From Macrostomum lignano (lineage: Eukaryota): 64,000 bases of DNA. Below are positions 23,916 to 36,300 of the stretch, one piece after another. The notes under the pieces were generated by a model, which worked only from the letters and a program-made list of their open reading frames with translations, ran no database searches and was not told the origin of the DNA. The DNA lies in assembly GCA_002269645.1 (NCBI GenBank), contig NIVC01001095.1, forward strand, positions 248,001 to 312,000, given 5' to 3'. How positions within the stretch are numbered: the stretch's first letter is position 1; every line of letters starts with the position of its first letter. The translations under genes were made by a program, and so were the position numbers.

Positions 23916-25299
23916 CTGAAATTATATTAGAACACTAACTTGAAATTTTAAAATACCACTCAATACATAATCAATAACTAACTTAATAAACTCCAAAAAG
24001 AATATAATTTTATAGTATTAAAATAAAGTAGTGGGGTTTCAAAAATATTTTATTTATTCATATGAAAATCCCTAGGCAATGTCTTATAAACAAAAAGCCA
24101 ATAGCCTATATACTATTTCCTAGAAGTTGTTATTGTTATGATGACTGACACTATATAAACAGGCCTAGCAAAATGGTTATTTTTATGGTCACCATATGTA
24201 GAGGCATAATTCTAATTTTCCACGTTAAATTATTTTGAGTTAAAAAATTGACTCAATAAGTTAAAACAAGTTAGTCCATAGCAGTCAATAGTCTACTGAG
24301 TTCACTAAATGGCATAATAATGAGCAACCCAGAACTAGTTGGAATACAAACTAGGAACTTTGCATATGAATACCATTGAAGGGACTTGGGTACATGTCAA
24401 GGCAAAGTTCCAGAACATAAATGGCACCAGCGATAGTGTAAGACCAAGATAGCCACATATCAAGATGGCCACAACATTGAATTTCTTTGGCTCTGCTCTC
24501 TTTTTATCATTAATTAGCAATATAGTAGCTATGCCTATTGTTATATTAATTATTATGTTTAATCAATCATATTCATAAATACTAATGCAATATGCCTAAT
24601 AGTTTGAAACTAATTACCTATAATATAAAAACTTTAATCTTTTTCTGTGTTTATACCAATTTATTCCCTATCATTATATCTATCAAATCTATCACTATAA
24701 GTTTATTAAGAAACCATTGCTACTAGTAATGCTACACAAAAATTAAGATAAATATGCAACAGGGCAAGGTATTTATTTTGTGTTAGTAGGGGTCGGACAA
24801 TATTGAATTTTCAAGATTTTTGAGATTGGCCTCTTTGAGATATTTGAGATTCAATCGAGATTTGAGACATATGGTGGAACAACAAAAAATATTTAATATC
24901 TGAAATAAGGCCAAACACTAAAATAAAGTACATATTAAAATAGAAACCTTGATTTATTGATGACAACTGGCCGATTATTGGACTATTTGTATTTTTTCTC
25001 TCAAACATGGTTGGCAGTAGTATAATATTTGCTTACAACTGATAGCAAAGTAATGGATCAGGTGAGGTGGCTTTGGATTTTGGAAGATATGATCTTGTGA
25101 GAAAACATGGTACTTAGGCTAAATGCAGTTCAAGATCTGGCGGGAAGCATTCTTTAATAGCTTGTAAAAATGAACTTGCAAGCAGTAGGTCTATTAGACA
25201 AGCTCCCAAGAACCATCTCCTGAAGCTATAGAATTAAAAATGTTAAATAAAGTATTGCCAACCCAGTAAAACAAAGTATTGCCAACCATTGTCAACAAA

Positions 25300-25620
25300 T
25301 GTGCCAGCGACCCAGGTTCACTTCCAAGTGCAGTCACATTAATTTGGGGCTGAATTGGAATCTCGACTTGGCTCTGCTCGTGCAATTAATGGCCTTGAGA
25401 GCCAACTGCCCAAGGCGCAGTGAAGTGTACATGCCTAACAATAATATAAAGTTAGGGCCGCTATACACTCCTGTGTGTATGCCTGCATATATATCTGCGC
25501 ACTTGTATGCCTGCTCAGGGAAGTCAGTGGAATGGGTAGTAATGCCTCTCACCATTTGTATGCCTATGTCGCTTAAAGTGTGCCAGGGTACACACAACCC
25601 CCTTGCCTCTAATAAAAAAT
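25300..25620 (+). mobile_element. tRNA-derived SINE family 2 (5'-truncated) with A-rich tail
   Basis: Homologous to 51218-51572 (-) and 41745-42080 (+, older); ends in TAATAAAAAA. Confidence 0.72.
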
Positions 25621-25907
25621 TGTCAGCAAAAAAATACAACTCATTGAAATAACCAGATTATACATTAAATATTCCCAGCAGATATAAGCTACCAACCAAC
25701 AAACTGGCAAGACAAAAGAAACCGTCAATGTCATATGTTGAGTGTTGATCTTGGACTGTCAGCTTCAAGTAGCCAATGAATTGCTGGAACATTAATTGTT
25801 TCAAGCAGAAATGCAGTTATATTACCAATAAATTTATAATAGTAAATATACTATTCAAAACAAGCATGCATTCTCTAATGGAAGCTAACCATCTTTATGC
25901 TATAAAC

Positions 25908-26311
25908 CAAGGGTCCCCAACCTGCAGCCTGTGGGCCGCAATGGCCCGCGGCACCTTCTAGTAGTTTGCATTATATGCGGCCTGCCAAGTCTATCACTAG
26001 ATTTCACTGCGGCCCCCGAAAATGTTAAAATTTTCCTAGCTATATTGAAAATATTCCCAGAAATCTCTTACCCTCCCCACTGCTAGAAGCGATGCTTCAA
26101 TTCATTTGGATTGCTATTTTAGCTACTCCTAGTGCACAAATGTACACGCAGTCAAGATTTGAAATGAAAAGTAGGAAAGAATGCTAGCTAATATCAATAT
26201 GGTTCAAGGCAAAGGAGGTGGGCCGTTATGTTTGTGTATTAGCATGCGGCCTGCACACCCTAAGCCAGTTGTCAATGCGGCCCGCCGCCTGTAGAAGGTT
26301 GGAGACCCCTG
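25908..26311. mobile_element. hAT-type MITE
   Basis: TIRs CAAGGGTCCCCAACCT and AGGTTGGAGACCCCTG; perfect 8-bp TSD CTATAAAC at 25900-25907 and 26312-26319. Confidence 0.88.
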
Positions 26312-26613
26312 CTATAAACTATACATTCTTTGTAACATACAAAATTTAAACAAAGTATTGAAGTTGACACCATTAGGCTCTATGATATGATGCTACATGC
26401 TTCTTATAGATCGAAATGTTTTTACAAACATTTGTTTTTTATCTCAAATCTCAACATTTTTTGAGATCATGAAGTCAAGATTGAGATTTGAGAAAACCCC
26501 CAAGATCTCAGATCTCGAGATCAAGATTGAGATCTCGTCTAACCTAATGTGTTAGGTAGAGTTGCTCGCTTAATTAATAGCAAATAAATAAAGCTTAAGA
26601 TCAACATTTATGG

Positions 26614-26662
26614 CGAAAACCAACGCGTTTCAACCCATTAGGGCCGTCGTCAGGGTATATTT
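26614..26662 (-). ncRNA. Second, inverted copy of the putative hammerhead ribozyme
   Basis: Reverse complement of the 28420 copy, differing in the stem II loop (TAAT versus TAGT). Confidence 0.6.
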
Positions 26663-28419
26663 TATCACTGAACGAAACACTCAATATAAATAAGCTCTCA
26701 AGCTTCTTTTTCAACAAGATAGACGGGATACCATAGAACGGCAAGATCATCACGGGGTCATCCGGCTTTTTACTATGATTCTGTTGCAGTCTGCCAGTAA
26801 CCTTATCAGTGACAAACTTGAAAATCAACCGACTAATGAGATTTTTTGGGTATCCGTTCATACTGAAAATCCTAGTCAAATTTTTCACCTCCTCATCAAA
26901 CGCAGCCCAGAAACTACACAGAGAGTAAGCTCTGTGCAGCATACAATGGATCAGGCCAATATTCCACTGTTTCGGACAGAGGGCATTGAAATTCAACAGT
27001 AAACCAGTAAACGTGGGCTTGCGATAAACCCGAGTAGAGACTTGGCCACTGCTCAGATCAACCTCAACATCGAGAAACGGAAGTTTTTTACCTCCCATCT
27101 CAACGGTGAATTGGATGTTGCTGTGGGTTGAATTCAGAGCCCGAAAAAACTCTTGGTACTTAGCCCGGTCATCAAAAATGACAAAAGTGTCATCAACATA
27201 GCGCTTGTAGAAAGTTGGCGCACACTCAAGCGACATCCACTCCGTTTCCCAGTGCGCCATGCAAACATTGGCCAGAGTAGGAGCAAGCGGGCTTCCCATG
27301 GCACAACCATCAATCTGGCGATAATATTTGTCATCAAACATGAAGATGCCAGAGGTAGCAAAGCCTAACAACTTTTTGAACACAGTCTTTGGTAACCCAG
27401 GCGGATTCATATTGTACACATGATCAGTGGCGAGATCAATAGCCAGCTTCAAAGGGACATTGGTAAAAAGCGAAGTCACGTCAAAACTGCAGAGAAAATC
27501 CTCACTTTTCGGACTGATTTGACTTAAGGCTTGAATGAACTGGCAATTAGAGTTGACGGAGAATTCCTTTGGTATGCATGGTTTGATCAGAGAATCCAAG
27601 TATCTGGCCAGTTCATTAACACTGTTTCATTAACACTGTAACACTGTAACGTGATTAACACTGCTGAGTATGAAGAGCAGTGTTAAGAGAAGGTTACTGG
27701 CAGACTGCAACAGAATCATAGTAAAAAGCCGGATGACCCCGTGATGATCTTGCCGTTCTATGGTATCCCGTCTATCTTGTTGAAAAAGAAGCTTGAGAGA
27801 TCTTTTCGGAAATGGTACAACACTCCGATTAGGATTGTCTTTCGCACTGCCAAGGTGGGTCAATTTGTCAGCAATCTCAAGTCCCGTGTTCCTCGTGCTC
27901 TAGTTGCAGGTGTCGTCTATAAATTTTGTTGTTCTGAAGATCAGAATATCTCTTACGTGGGAAAAACCAAAAGACACCTGCACACCAGAGTTAGGGAGCA
28001 TTGGCTGAAAAAATCTGCTATCTAGGACCACCTTCTGGAATGCAAGGGCTGCTGTGACAGAGAACAGATTGAATTGTTTAAAATTATCGACCGTGCTAAC
28101 TCTGAATTCAAGCTTAGCATTCTTGAAGCGCTGCACATCAAAGCTCAAAATCCCAGTCTCAATGTGCAATTGCTACATAGTGGTGCGGGCCACCTTCTTA
28201 GGGTGTTTTGAGTTTGACTATTTTTTGTTGCGCGTACATTTTGTTTTTTTACATCTGTTTGCCTTCTCTCTCTCTCTCTCTCTCTCTCATTATTCTCGCT
28301 TAACTCCAACCCCTAGTTTTTTTATGTTTTTCGTACATTGGTTACCCTCCCGTTTTCAATTTGACACTTGAGATAGTACAATCGTTTGCTTATTTATATT
28401 GAGTGTTTCGTTCAGTGAT

Positions 28420-28468
28420 AAAATATACCCTGACGACGGCCCTAGTGGGTTGAAACGCGTTGGTTTTC
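28420..28468 (+). ncRNA. Putative minimal type-I hammerhead ribozyme in the PLE terminal repeat
   Basis: ACC-CTGACGA-C-GGCCC(TAGT)GGGTT-GAAAC-GC-GTT-GGT: CUGANGA and GAAA cores, stem II, palindromic short stem III (ACGCGT), GUU cleavage triplet. Confidence 0.6.
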
Positions 28469-28838
28469 GCCATAAATGTTGATCTTAAGCTTTATTTAAT
28501 GTGTTAGGCTACATGCTTAATATAGTAAATAAATATCTATTAGTGAAGCTATAATAAAAGCTAAAGCCAAAGGAATGATTATAATATAGGGACCTAAAAT
28601 AATACAACTCCAATATAGTATATTTTAGCATATATTTCTCTAATTATTACTCATAGGAAATAAGTGAATTATAAAGACCTAGGCTTGCCGCTTATTATTA
28701 TCTATTTAGACACTTAGTCTGAGATGTCTTTCATTCATTAATATCCACTTGATTTTTCTCTTACCACTTAATAGTGCCAACTCATACATGTGCAACAGGG
28801 CGCATTGCACAAGAATAGGCCTATTCCAATTTAAAAAA

Positions 28839-29905
28839 GGCAGTGCTTATTTAGCCGGCACCGGTCGAATAAGTTCGCTACTATTTAGCCGGCAGTCCTA
28901 CCCCACTGCCGGTCAAATAAGCTCGTCACTATTTAGCCGGCAGTCCTGCCCCACTGCCGGTCAAATAAGCTCGTCACTATTTAGCCGGCAGTCCTGCCCC
29001 ACTGCCGGTCAAATAAGCTCGTCACTATTTAGCCGGCAGTCCTGCCCCACTGCCGGTCAAATAAGCTCGTCACTATTTAGCCGGCAGTCCTGCCCCACTG
29101 CCGGTCAAATAAGCTCGTCACTATTTAGCCGGCAGTCCTGCCCCACTGCCGGTCAAATAAGCTCGTCACTATTTAGCCGGCAGTCCTGCCCCACTGCCGG
29201 TCAAATAAGCTCGTCACTATTTAGCTGGCAGTCCTGCCCCACTGCCGGTCAAATAAGCTTGTCACTATTTAGCCGGCAGTCCTGCCCCACTGCCGGTCAA
29301 AAAAGCTCGTCACCATTTAGCCGGCAATCCTGGCCCCCAATGGCCACGCTGGTCAAAATACATTTATATATTTTATAACTGCGCACTGCTCGTCATGACC
29401 TTGAATTAATAATTTAACATACTAAAAGCTAATTACTTATACTACAATTTTGGAGTTTTTCGATAAAGGTGTTTGCAGTGGTTTTTTGGCTTTAATGAGT
29501 GGTTTTGATTCAGAGATTAAAGTGAAAGTAAAACATGCATAATTAATTTTTTATTTGTTTATGTGTCTTCTGCTGCTACAAATAATTTCCGGAATTTTGT
29601 TGTTGCCCTGCCCCACTGTTTAGCATCTCTGAGATCGGTGAGATGCAAGACTTTCAGAAACAATTAAACAAACTTGAAGGCAAGTAATAAATTGTACTGA
29701 ATCTGCATTGATCTATATTCGCTGTACCTACTTTTGTATTGCCCAAAGTTTAAATATCTCGAATAAATATATATAATCGCGTGGCCATTGGGGGCCAGGA
29801 TTGCCGGCTAAATAATGACGAGCTTATTTGACCGGCAGTGGAGCAGGACTGCCGGCTAAATAGCAGCGAACTTATTCGGCCGGTGCCGGCTAAATAAGCA
29901 CTGCC
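28839..29905. mobile_element. Mutator-like/foldback non-autonomous element with a 48-bp tandem array inside the left TIR
   Basis: Termini GGCAGTGCTTATTTAGCCGGCA and TGCCGGCTAAATAAGCACTGCC; 9-bp TSD TTTAAAAAA at 28830-28838 and 29906-29914. The 48-bp unit is present about 10 times on the left and about once on the right. Confidence 0.85.
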
Positions 29906-30142
29906 TTTAAAAAATTAGTATAAAACAATAGGGCCCGGCCTACATAATATATTTTAATAATTCGGCGATTTCTTAGTTTCCCGCGTTTAATTATAACCCC
30001 CACCCCCCCCCCAACCACCCTTGAATAGAGGGCGAAATAATTCCGTAAAATAATTAAACGCGGGAATCTTCAGGGTCGCCAATAATTCTTCTTTCATCTT
30101 TCCTACATTTGTAGATTTAGTTTCAAGTTTTGCTCGTGTTAG

Positions 30143-30421
30143 TATATACTCAGCAACATCGAAAAGTCGCCCTCACAGAAGATTTCATCTGTGGTCGCCA
30201 CTATTGAGAGTGCAGGTAAAGTCTCTGAATCTTTGCAAGTGACGCAACTTCGCTACTTGGGTAATGGGTTGAGGAATGAAGTTGGGCGGGGTGCGGTGTG
30301 CCAGGGTTGAACTGATAAAAGCTACCCCGATCAGTTTTCTCGTATCTTTAAGTTCAAAAAAGTCAAAGAGAAATTGCTCACTGGCGCATAGAGTGGCAAC
30401 TTTTCAATGGTGCCGAGTATA
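30143..30421. mobile_element. MITE with TATACTCAGCAACAT termini (probably Tc1/mariner-derived)
   Basis: Imperfect TIRs; a related copy lies at 34253-34511. Confidence 0.55.
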
Positions 30422-32316
30422 TGGATGTGGTGTTCTTTAAAGTTTATGTCTTCACTTGAACTGTTGTCATAGAAAACCGCTCGTTGATATTTCCGGGAAA
30501 CAATTAGAAAAAAGCTTGTAAAAAAACAAAATAGGTTTTAATTTTTAATTTTGGTAGTTTTTTTAGATTTTTGTCTGGATTACCTAACAAAATAAAAAGT
30601 ACAACCCTTTTTAGCAAATAAACAAAAACCAGACGCTTTTCCTCCCAACTTTTTTAAAAGAAACTACTAGGCCACCTACTTTTCTAATGGGAGGAGAATG
30701 ACTGACGTATAGGCTACTTAAGTTAAGTTAAGTAGTACATAAGTCTTCATGTTTTAACGACATTGCGTGGTTGAAGCAAATCAGATGATTGTTGTTGCAA
30801 CTAACCCAGCCACAACGGACCGACCCATTTCAATTGCTCACTTGCGTTGCGGCACCATACGGTTGCCATATGACATACTCGACTAGTAGTACTTTGGTAT
30901 TTTATTGAAAAATTTAATAAGCTTATACTTTTTTAATTGTTCGTTTCCCATCTAGATACCGCAACAAGGCCGCAAATAAGTTTAGCCAAAATAGCAGCAG
31001 TATATTTTCAGTTTTGGTACCTTAATAACGAAGTAAATTAAAACAAAGTGCACTTATATTGCCATGCAATTAGCATAGCTGAACAAAAGTTGCAGCACAA
31101 AGTTGTAAAAGAATGATCGAAATTGAAACACTGAAGGGAACGCACTGTTGCAATAAGAACATAAGCTACAGGTTACAATTTGGAGCTACGAGTAATTGTA
31201 TTGGAGATGTGAGCGAACAACAAAGACAAAGAAGGAAAAAAATATAATCAAACAAACAAGGAACGCCAATGCTTGGTAATTTGCAAATCAATTCATTACA
31301 AAAACAATAATTTCATGTACAGGCAAAAATGAAATTGCAGAAGCCAGAAGTTGAAAGCGAGGAAAATTCGATAGTTACAGACGGTGGCCTATTATTATTA
31401 TTATACATTAAACATTAGTAAACTGGCTAATTTGTTCAACTTTCTTCAAATCAAACACAAAACCAGCGGGATTTAGAAAAAGAATATGGCCAGACAAAAA
31501 AATTTAAATAATAAAATATCAATTTTAACAAAGCGCATAGCCGCCGGAAGGAATGCCTTATGTAAAACTATAAGCCAGCCTTGAGGCAAGACTCGCAAAA
31601 GCAGAACATATTTTATAATTATACAATATAAATCAAACGCGAGTCCCTTAATAAAAATAATCAAATTTACTTAATAGATCTACACGAATCATACATAACT
31701 ATATTATTAACTAAAGGCAACGAAGCTTTAGGAATTCAACCGATTGAAACTGTTAGCTGCGATAACATCTTGGCTACCTAGAAAAGGTTACGCAAAAGTC
31801 GAACTCGAATCCAACTCGAACCGCCACTATTGATCAAACTATCAAACAAATCAAATATGAAATAAAGAAAATAATCAAACAATAATGCTAGGCTAGCAGT
31901 ACTTGTACGAACGGTAGAATGGAATTAAAGTACACACAGTGCTTTAGGACGGGACGGCTAGGTGTCGTAAAAATGATCATAATATTAGTAATAATAGTAA
32001 TAGTATTCAAGTCAGCGGTCTAGGGACAGAAACAAAGGAAAGAGATTTAATTACGGTATATAAAATAAAATGCCAAGAACAGAAAATCTGTTCTGTATTT
32101 TTTCAACAAAAAAACTGTTTTGTGCGAGCAGAGAGTCAAATTGGCTACATATCTGCAATTCAGGTATGATGTCACAGCAGGGTGGCAGCTACGTACAGTA
32201 GGAAGTCTATGTACATCTATTCTACTTACATGTACAGCAGAAAGGCTAGTAAGGAAAACCGTACACAAATATATTAAATATTATATACATAACGAGGTTT
32301 CATTAATTCCTTACAA

Positions 32317-32556
32317 TAGGGGTCAGAAAACGTTTTTTCCTTAGAATGGCCAGGTAGAGAACCTAGCGCAGGACTGCGAGCTAGAGGAGGGGAGAGATCA
32401 GGAGAAAGAATAGAGAAGAGAGAAGAGGGAAGAGAGAGGAGATTAGAGAGAAGGGAGCTGAGAAGAGACATGGACCTTGATCAGGTTGGATTGCTATTGT
32501 GAAGTTTCAAAGAACCCGAGGGAGAGGCTTTGCGGGCCGGAGTTTGCCGAGCCCTG
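32317..32556. mobile_element. hAT-type MITE with GA tract (copy 2)
   Basis: Shares GGATTGCTATTGTGAAGTTTCAAA..CCCGAGG and GAGTTTGCCGAGCCCTG with the 23280 copy; left flank is CCTTACAA. Confidence 0.6.
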
Positions 32557-32699
32557 CGGCTTACGAAGTGTTGTGAATATCCAAGGACATGTTGAAGATT
32601 AGAAAAAATTACCGATAATTTGTAGGAACAAAGAAAACTTCAAACAGACGCCTATTGTAGAAGGTAGCTAGTTGATTAATTGAAAAATTGACCCATACT

Positions 32700-33126
32700 C
32701 GTATACAACTTTTTGCGTTCTATTTCGATAAAACTGCTTTCAATTTCGGCAGCGCCAATCCAAAAGGGGAATAAAGACAGAAAAGAGGGATTTCTTAGAG
32801 TCTGCACAGGTAATTTAATTAGTACATACTATGCAATTGTTTCTGGCTATGCGATTTGTTTTCCTTCGCGCGCTATTGGTTGCTGATGAGTGCACAGGTA
32901 CACCTAATTACACCAATTCAATTACACCTTAACTGTACTCCAAATCCCTCTTTTCTGTCTTTATTCCCCTTTTAGATTGGCGCTGCCGAAATTGGGTGCA
33001 GTTTGCCGAAATTGAAAATCAGTTATGGCTTTAGATGCGTCTATTTTCATAGACAGTCTGTGGCACGAGGCGCTGACTGCCGAAATTGAATGCAGTTTTA
33101 TCGAAATAGAACGCAAAAAGGTGTAG
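32700..33126. mobile_element. Foldback MITE (about 95-bp inverted arms)
   Basis: TTTTTGCGTTCTATTTCGATAAAACTGC..AAAAGAGGGATTT is mirrored by AAATCCCTCTTTT..GCAGTTTTATCGAAATAGAACGCAAAAA. Confidence 0.75.
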
Positions 33127-33373
33127 TGTATCTTTCTAAAAGCATATCTCTAGGATATAACAAACTGATTTAGTGACTTTTATCTGCACTTGGTTGCGGT
33201 ATTGGTCCTTGTTCTGATGATATTATTTACATAATAAACTCTTGGTACTTGCTTCAAAAAGGTTACAGCAGTTTCCTTAAAACACAAGTACCAATTCAAG
33301 TCCAATCCATCAACCCAGTGCAGAGAAAACTCTGCTATTAATATCAATATTAATAAACAATAACAGGTAAAAC

Positions 33374-36300
33374 TTATTCAAGTTTTAGTCGCTTAACCGC
33401 GCTATTATCTGATTGATGTTGCTGCTGCTGCTGCATCTGATGCTGCTGGTCGGCTGGGATGGCAATGGCCTGGTGCTGCTGGTGCTGCTGATGCGTAGCG
33501 GGCACGGGCGGGCCAAGCCTAGTAGCAATGCCAGGCTGCAGCGACACGGTCACTTGGAATGGAGCAGCAGCAGCAGCAGCAGCACCGGCAGCCAGCTGTT
33601 GAGTAGGAATAGCAATCGGCGCTACTGTAGAAGTAGAAGCAACAGACGTTGAAGTTGCTGCACTAGAAGCAGACGCTCCTGCGGCAGCGGCGGCGGCGGC
33701 AGCTGCGCCTTGAATTGGCGGCGGGCTGCCGGCAGATTCGGCGGTTAAATTGAGCATCGAGGAGGTGAAACTGCCAGACAGATGCGGCTTCGGCGGTACG
33801 CGAATCGATGGCGGCTCGGAGGCGGCAGCGGCAGAGGCTGCACCAGCGGCACCGGCATCTTTACCGCCGCCAACTGGACTGGGCAATGAAGATGAGGAGC
33901 CGCCGCCTCCGCCCATGCCGCTACCAGGCTGATAGGCGCGAGTGTCCGGCAGCTCCGACGGATCGGGCTGTCTGCCCAGCTCGGCCATCACGGCCACCGG
34001 GCTCAATGCCAAATAGTCGGACACTTTGTGCTCAACTAAGTAAAACATATACTCGTCGAATAGTAGGCGGATTAGATGGAAACTGCCGAAACTGGCCGCC
34101 GAGCGCAATGTCAGATCTCGAATCACTAGGGAAGCGTAGAAGCTCCATTTTAGCAGGAAGTGGCGAGCCGCTCGAACCTGGGCATTATGTTAATTGCGGC
34201 CGATCAATTATCGATTCCCTATTGATCTTGCATTAGAACTGAATGAAATACATATACTCAACAACATTAAAAAGTCGCCACCTTTGAGAGTGCGCAGTAA
34301 ATTCCAGCTCAGTATGAACTTTTGGGTGTCAGTGACGCTAACTTGCGCCACGCGATGCGAGGGCGAAGATTGGATGGATTGAAGCTTCTGCCCGGTTTTC
34401 ATTGTTTTTCAAGCATTTTTTAATATCAAAATGGTTCGCCAGGTGATAGACGCTGATCGAAAGACACTGCTCACTGGGGCAAAGGCTGGCGACTCAATGT
34501 TGCTGAGTATACATGGCCCCAGATACAAAGTAAAAAGGTTCTTGATAGTAAAAACTCAGGATACCATTGACACACTTTGTAGATTGAATTGAACTAACTA
34601 CTGCGACTAATGCGTGGTGTGATAAATTTGATAAAAGTAAATAATCGCAGGAGGGCTGTGGGGCATCCTGATGCAACGCATTAAGCGACATCGTCCCTAT
34701 TGCGCGGCACATCTGAAGGCTGCGTACGGCTGTTCAGTCCAAGGACTGGGAGGTTGCCACACACACCCTCAATTACTACAGATAATGCTGGCACCCATTT
34801 TACAGCTGGGTGAACTGAAGCAATGCAGAGTTAAGCAGTCTTGCTCAAGGACACAAATTGTTCCAGTGGGATTGGGAATCGAACCCACGACATTCCAGTC
34901 GTGAGTCCGACGCTCTAACCACTAGGCTACAACCCCCGCCCAATAACCCCTAGGCTACAACCCCCGCCCACTAACCCCTAGGCTACAACCCCCGCCCACT
35001 AACCCCTAGGCTAAAACCCCCGCCCACTAACCCCTAGGCTAAAACCCCCGCCCACTAACCCCTAGGCTACAACCCCCGCCCACTAACCCCTAGGCTACAA
35101 CCCCCGCCCACTAACCCCTAGGCTACAACCCCCGCCCACTAACCCCTAGGCTACAACCCCCGCCCACTAACCCCTAGGCTACAACCCCCGCCCACCAACC
35201 CCTAGGCTACAACCCCCGCCCACCAACCCCTAGGCTACAACCCCCGCCCACCAACCCCTAGGCTACAACCCCCGCCCACTAACCCCTAGGCTACAAACCC
35301 CGCCCACTAACCCCTAGGCTACAACCCCCGCCCACTAACCCCTAGGCTACAAACCCGCAACCTAACCCCTAGGCTAAAACCCCCGCCCACTAACCCCTAG
35401 GCTAAAACCCCCGCCCACTAACCCCTAGGCTACAACCCCCGCCCACTAACCCCTAGGCTACAACCCCCGCCCACTAACCCCTAGGCTACAACCCCCGCCC
35501 ACTAACCCCTAGGCTACAAACCCCGCCCACTAACCCCTAGGCTACAACCCCCGCCCACCAACCCCTAGGCTACAACCCCCGCCCACCAACCCCTAGGCTA
35601 CAACCCCCGCCCACCAACCCCTAGGCTACAACCCCCGCCCACCAACCCCTAGGCTACAACCCCCGCCCACCAACCCCTAGGCTACAAACCCCGCCCACTA
35701 ACCCCTAGGCTACAACCCCCGCCCACTAACCCCTAGGCTACAAACCCGCAACCTAAACCCCTAAGCTACATCCAGAATTTGTCCTGCATGGCCAATTTTT
35801 TAAAACCAAAAATGAGTATCAAAAAGGTAAATAACATTTTCATATAAATACTTCTTAGGGACACATGAAGGCTTATGACTTAGTTCATAAGTTTAGATTA
35901 CCGGCCCTAAGTCAGTAAGCAGAGCACAACACTCACCAGTAAATCAGAATCCTCGTGCTCTCCTAGCACAGAAGTGACCACAGATTCAAGCCAATCGGCC
36001 CATTGTTCAAGCGAGCTGCCCTCCTGGAGAATCTTTTTAAAATCGGCCTCAACCTGGGCTACAACAGCCTGGCTGCAGTGGCACACCCAGCTGGCCTGTT
36101 CCTGCACATTGGCAAAGTCTACGCGATTTAAATCCGTCAACATTTGAGCAATCTGGGCGGCGTTGCCGAGGACAGCTCGGGCAGCCTAAAACAAATGGGA
36201 GTAATCAATAGGAGTAACTATAACAGAAATGCCTCGCCAGCTAATCAGTACAAAGACCTACCTGAGCCAGATGATTCAGACTGGTGTAACGTCGAAGAGT

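Larger units (their letters stand above)
26585..28498. mobile_element. Penelope-like retroelement (PLE), 5'-truncated and internally inverted: RT on the minus strand, GIY-YIG on the plus strand
   Basis: RT motifs in 26601-27599 (-): SFDVTSLFTNVP, QIDGCAMGSPLAPTLAN, RYVDDTF, LPFLDV, VYRKPT. GIY-YIG at about 27900-28210 (+): GVVYKF..SYVGKTKRHLHTRVREH..LEALHI..PSLN, with a premature TAG at 28023-28025. About 110-bp inverted terminal repeats (26586-26695 and 28388-28498). TAATGTGTTAGG occurs on both flanks (26546 and 28497). Confidence 0.92.

Noticed and set aside
34915-35765. Interstitial telomeric repeat
   Set aside because: The unit is 28 bp and matches the SINE head; it is not (TTAGGG)n.
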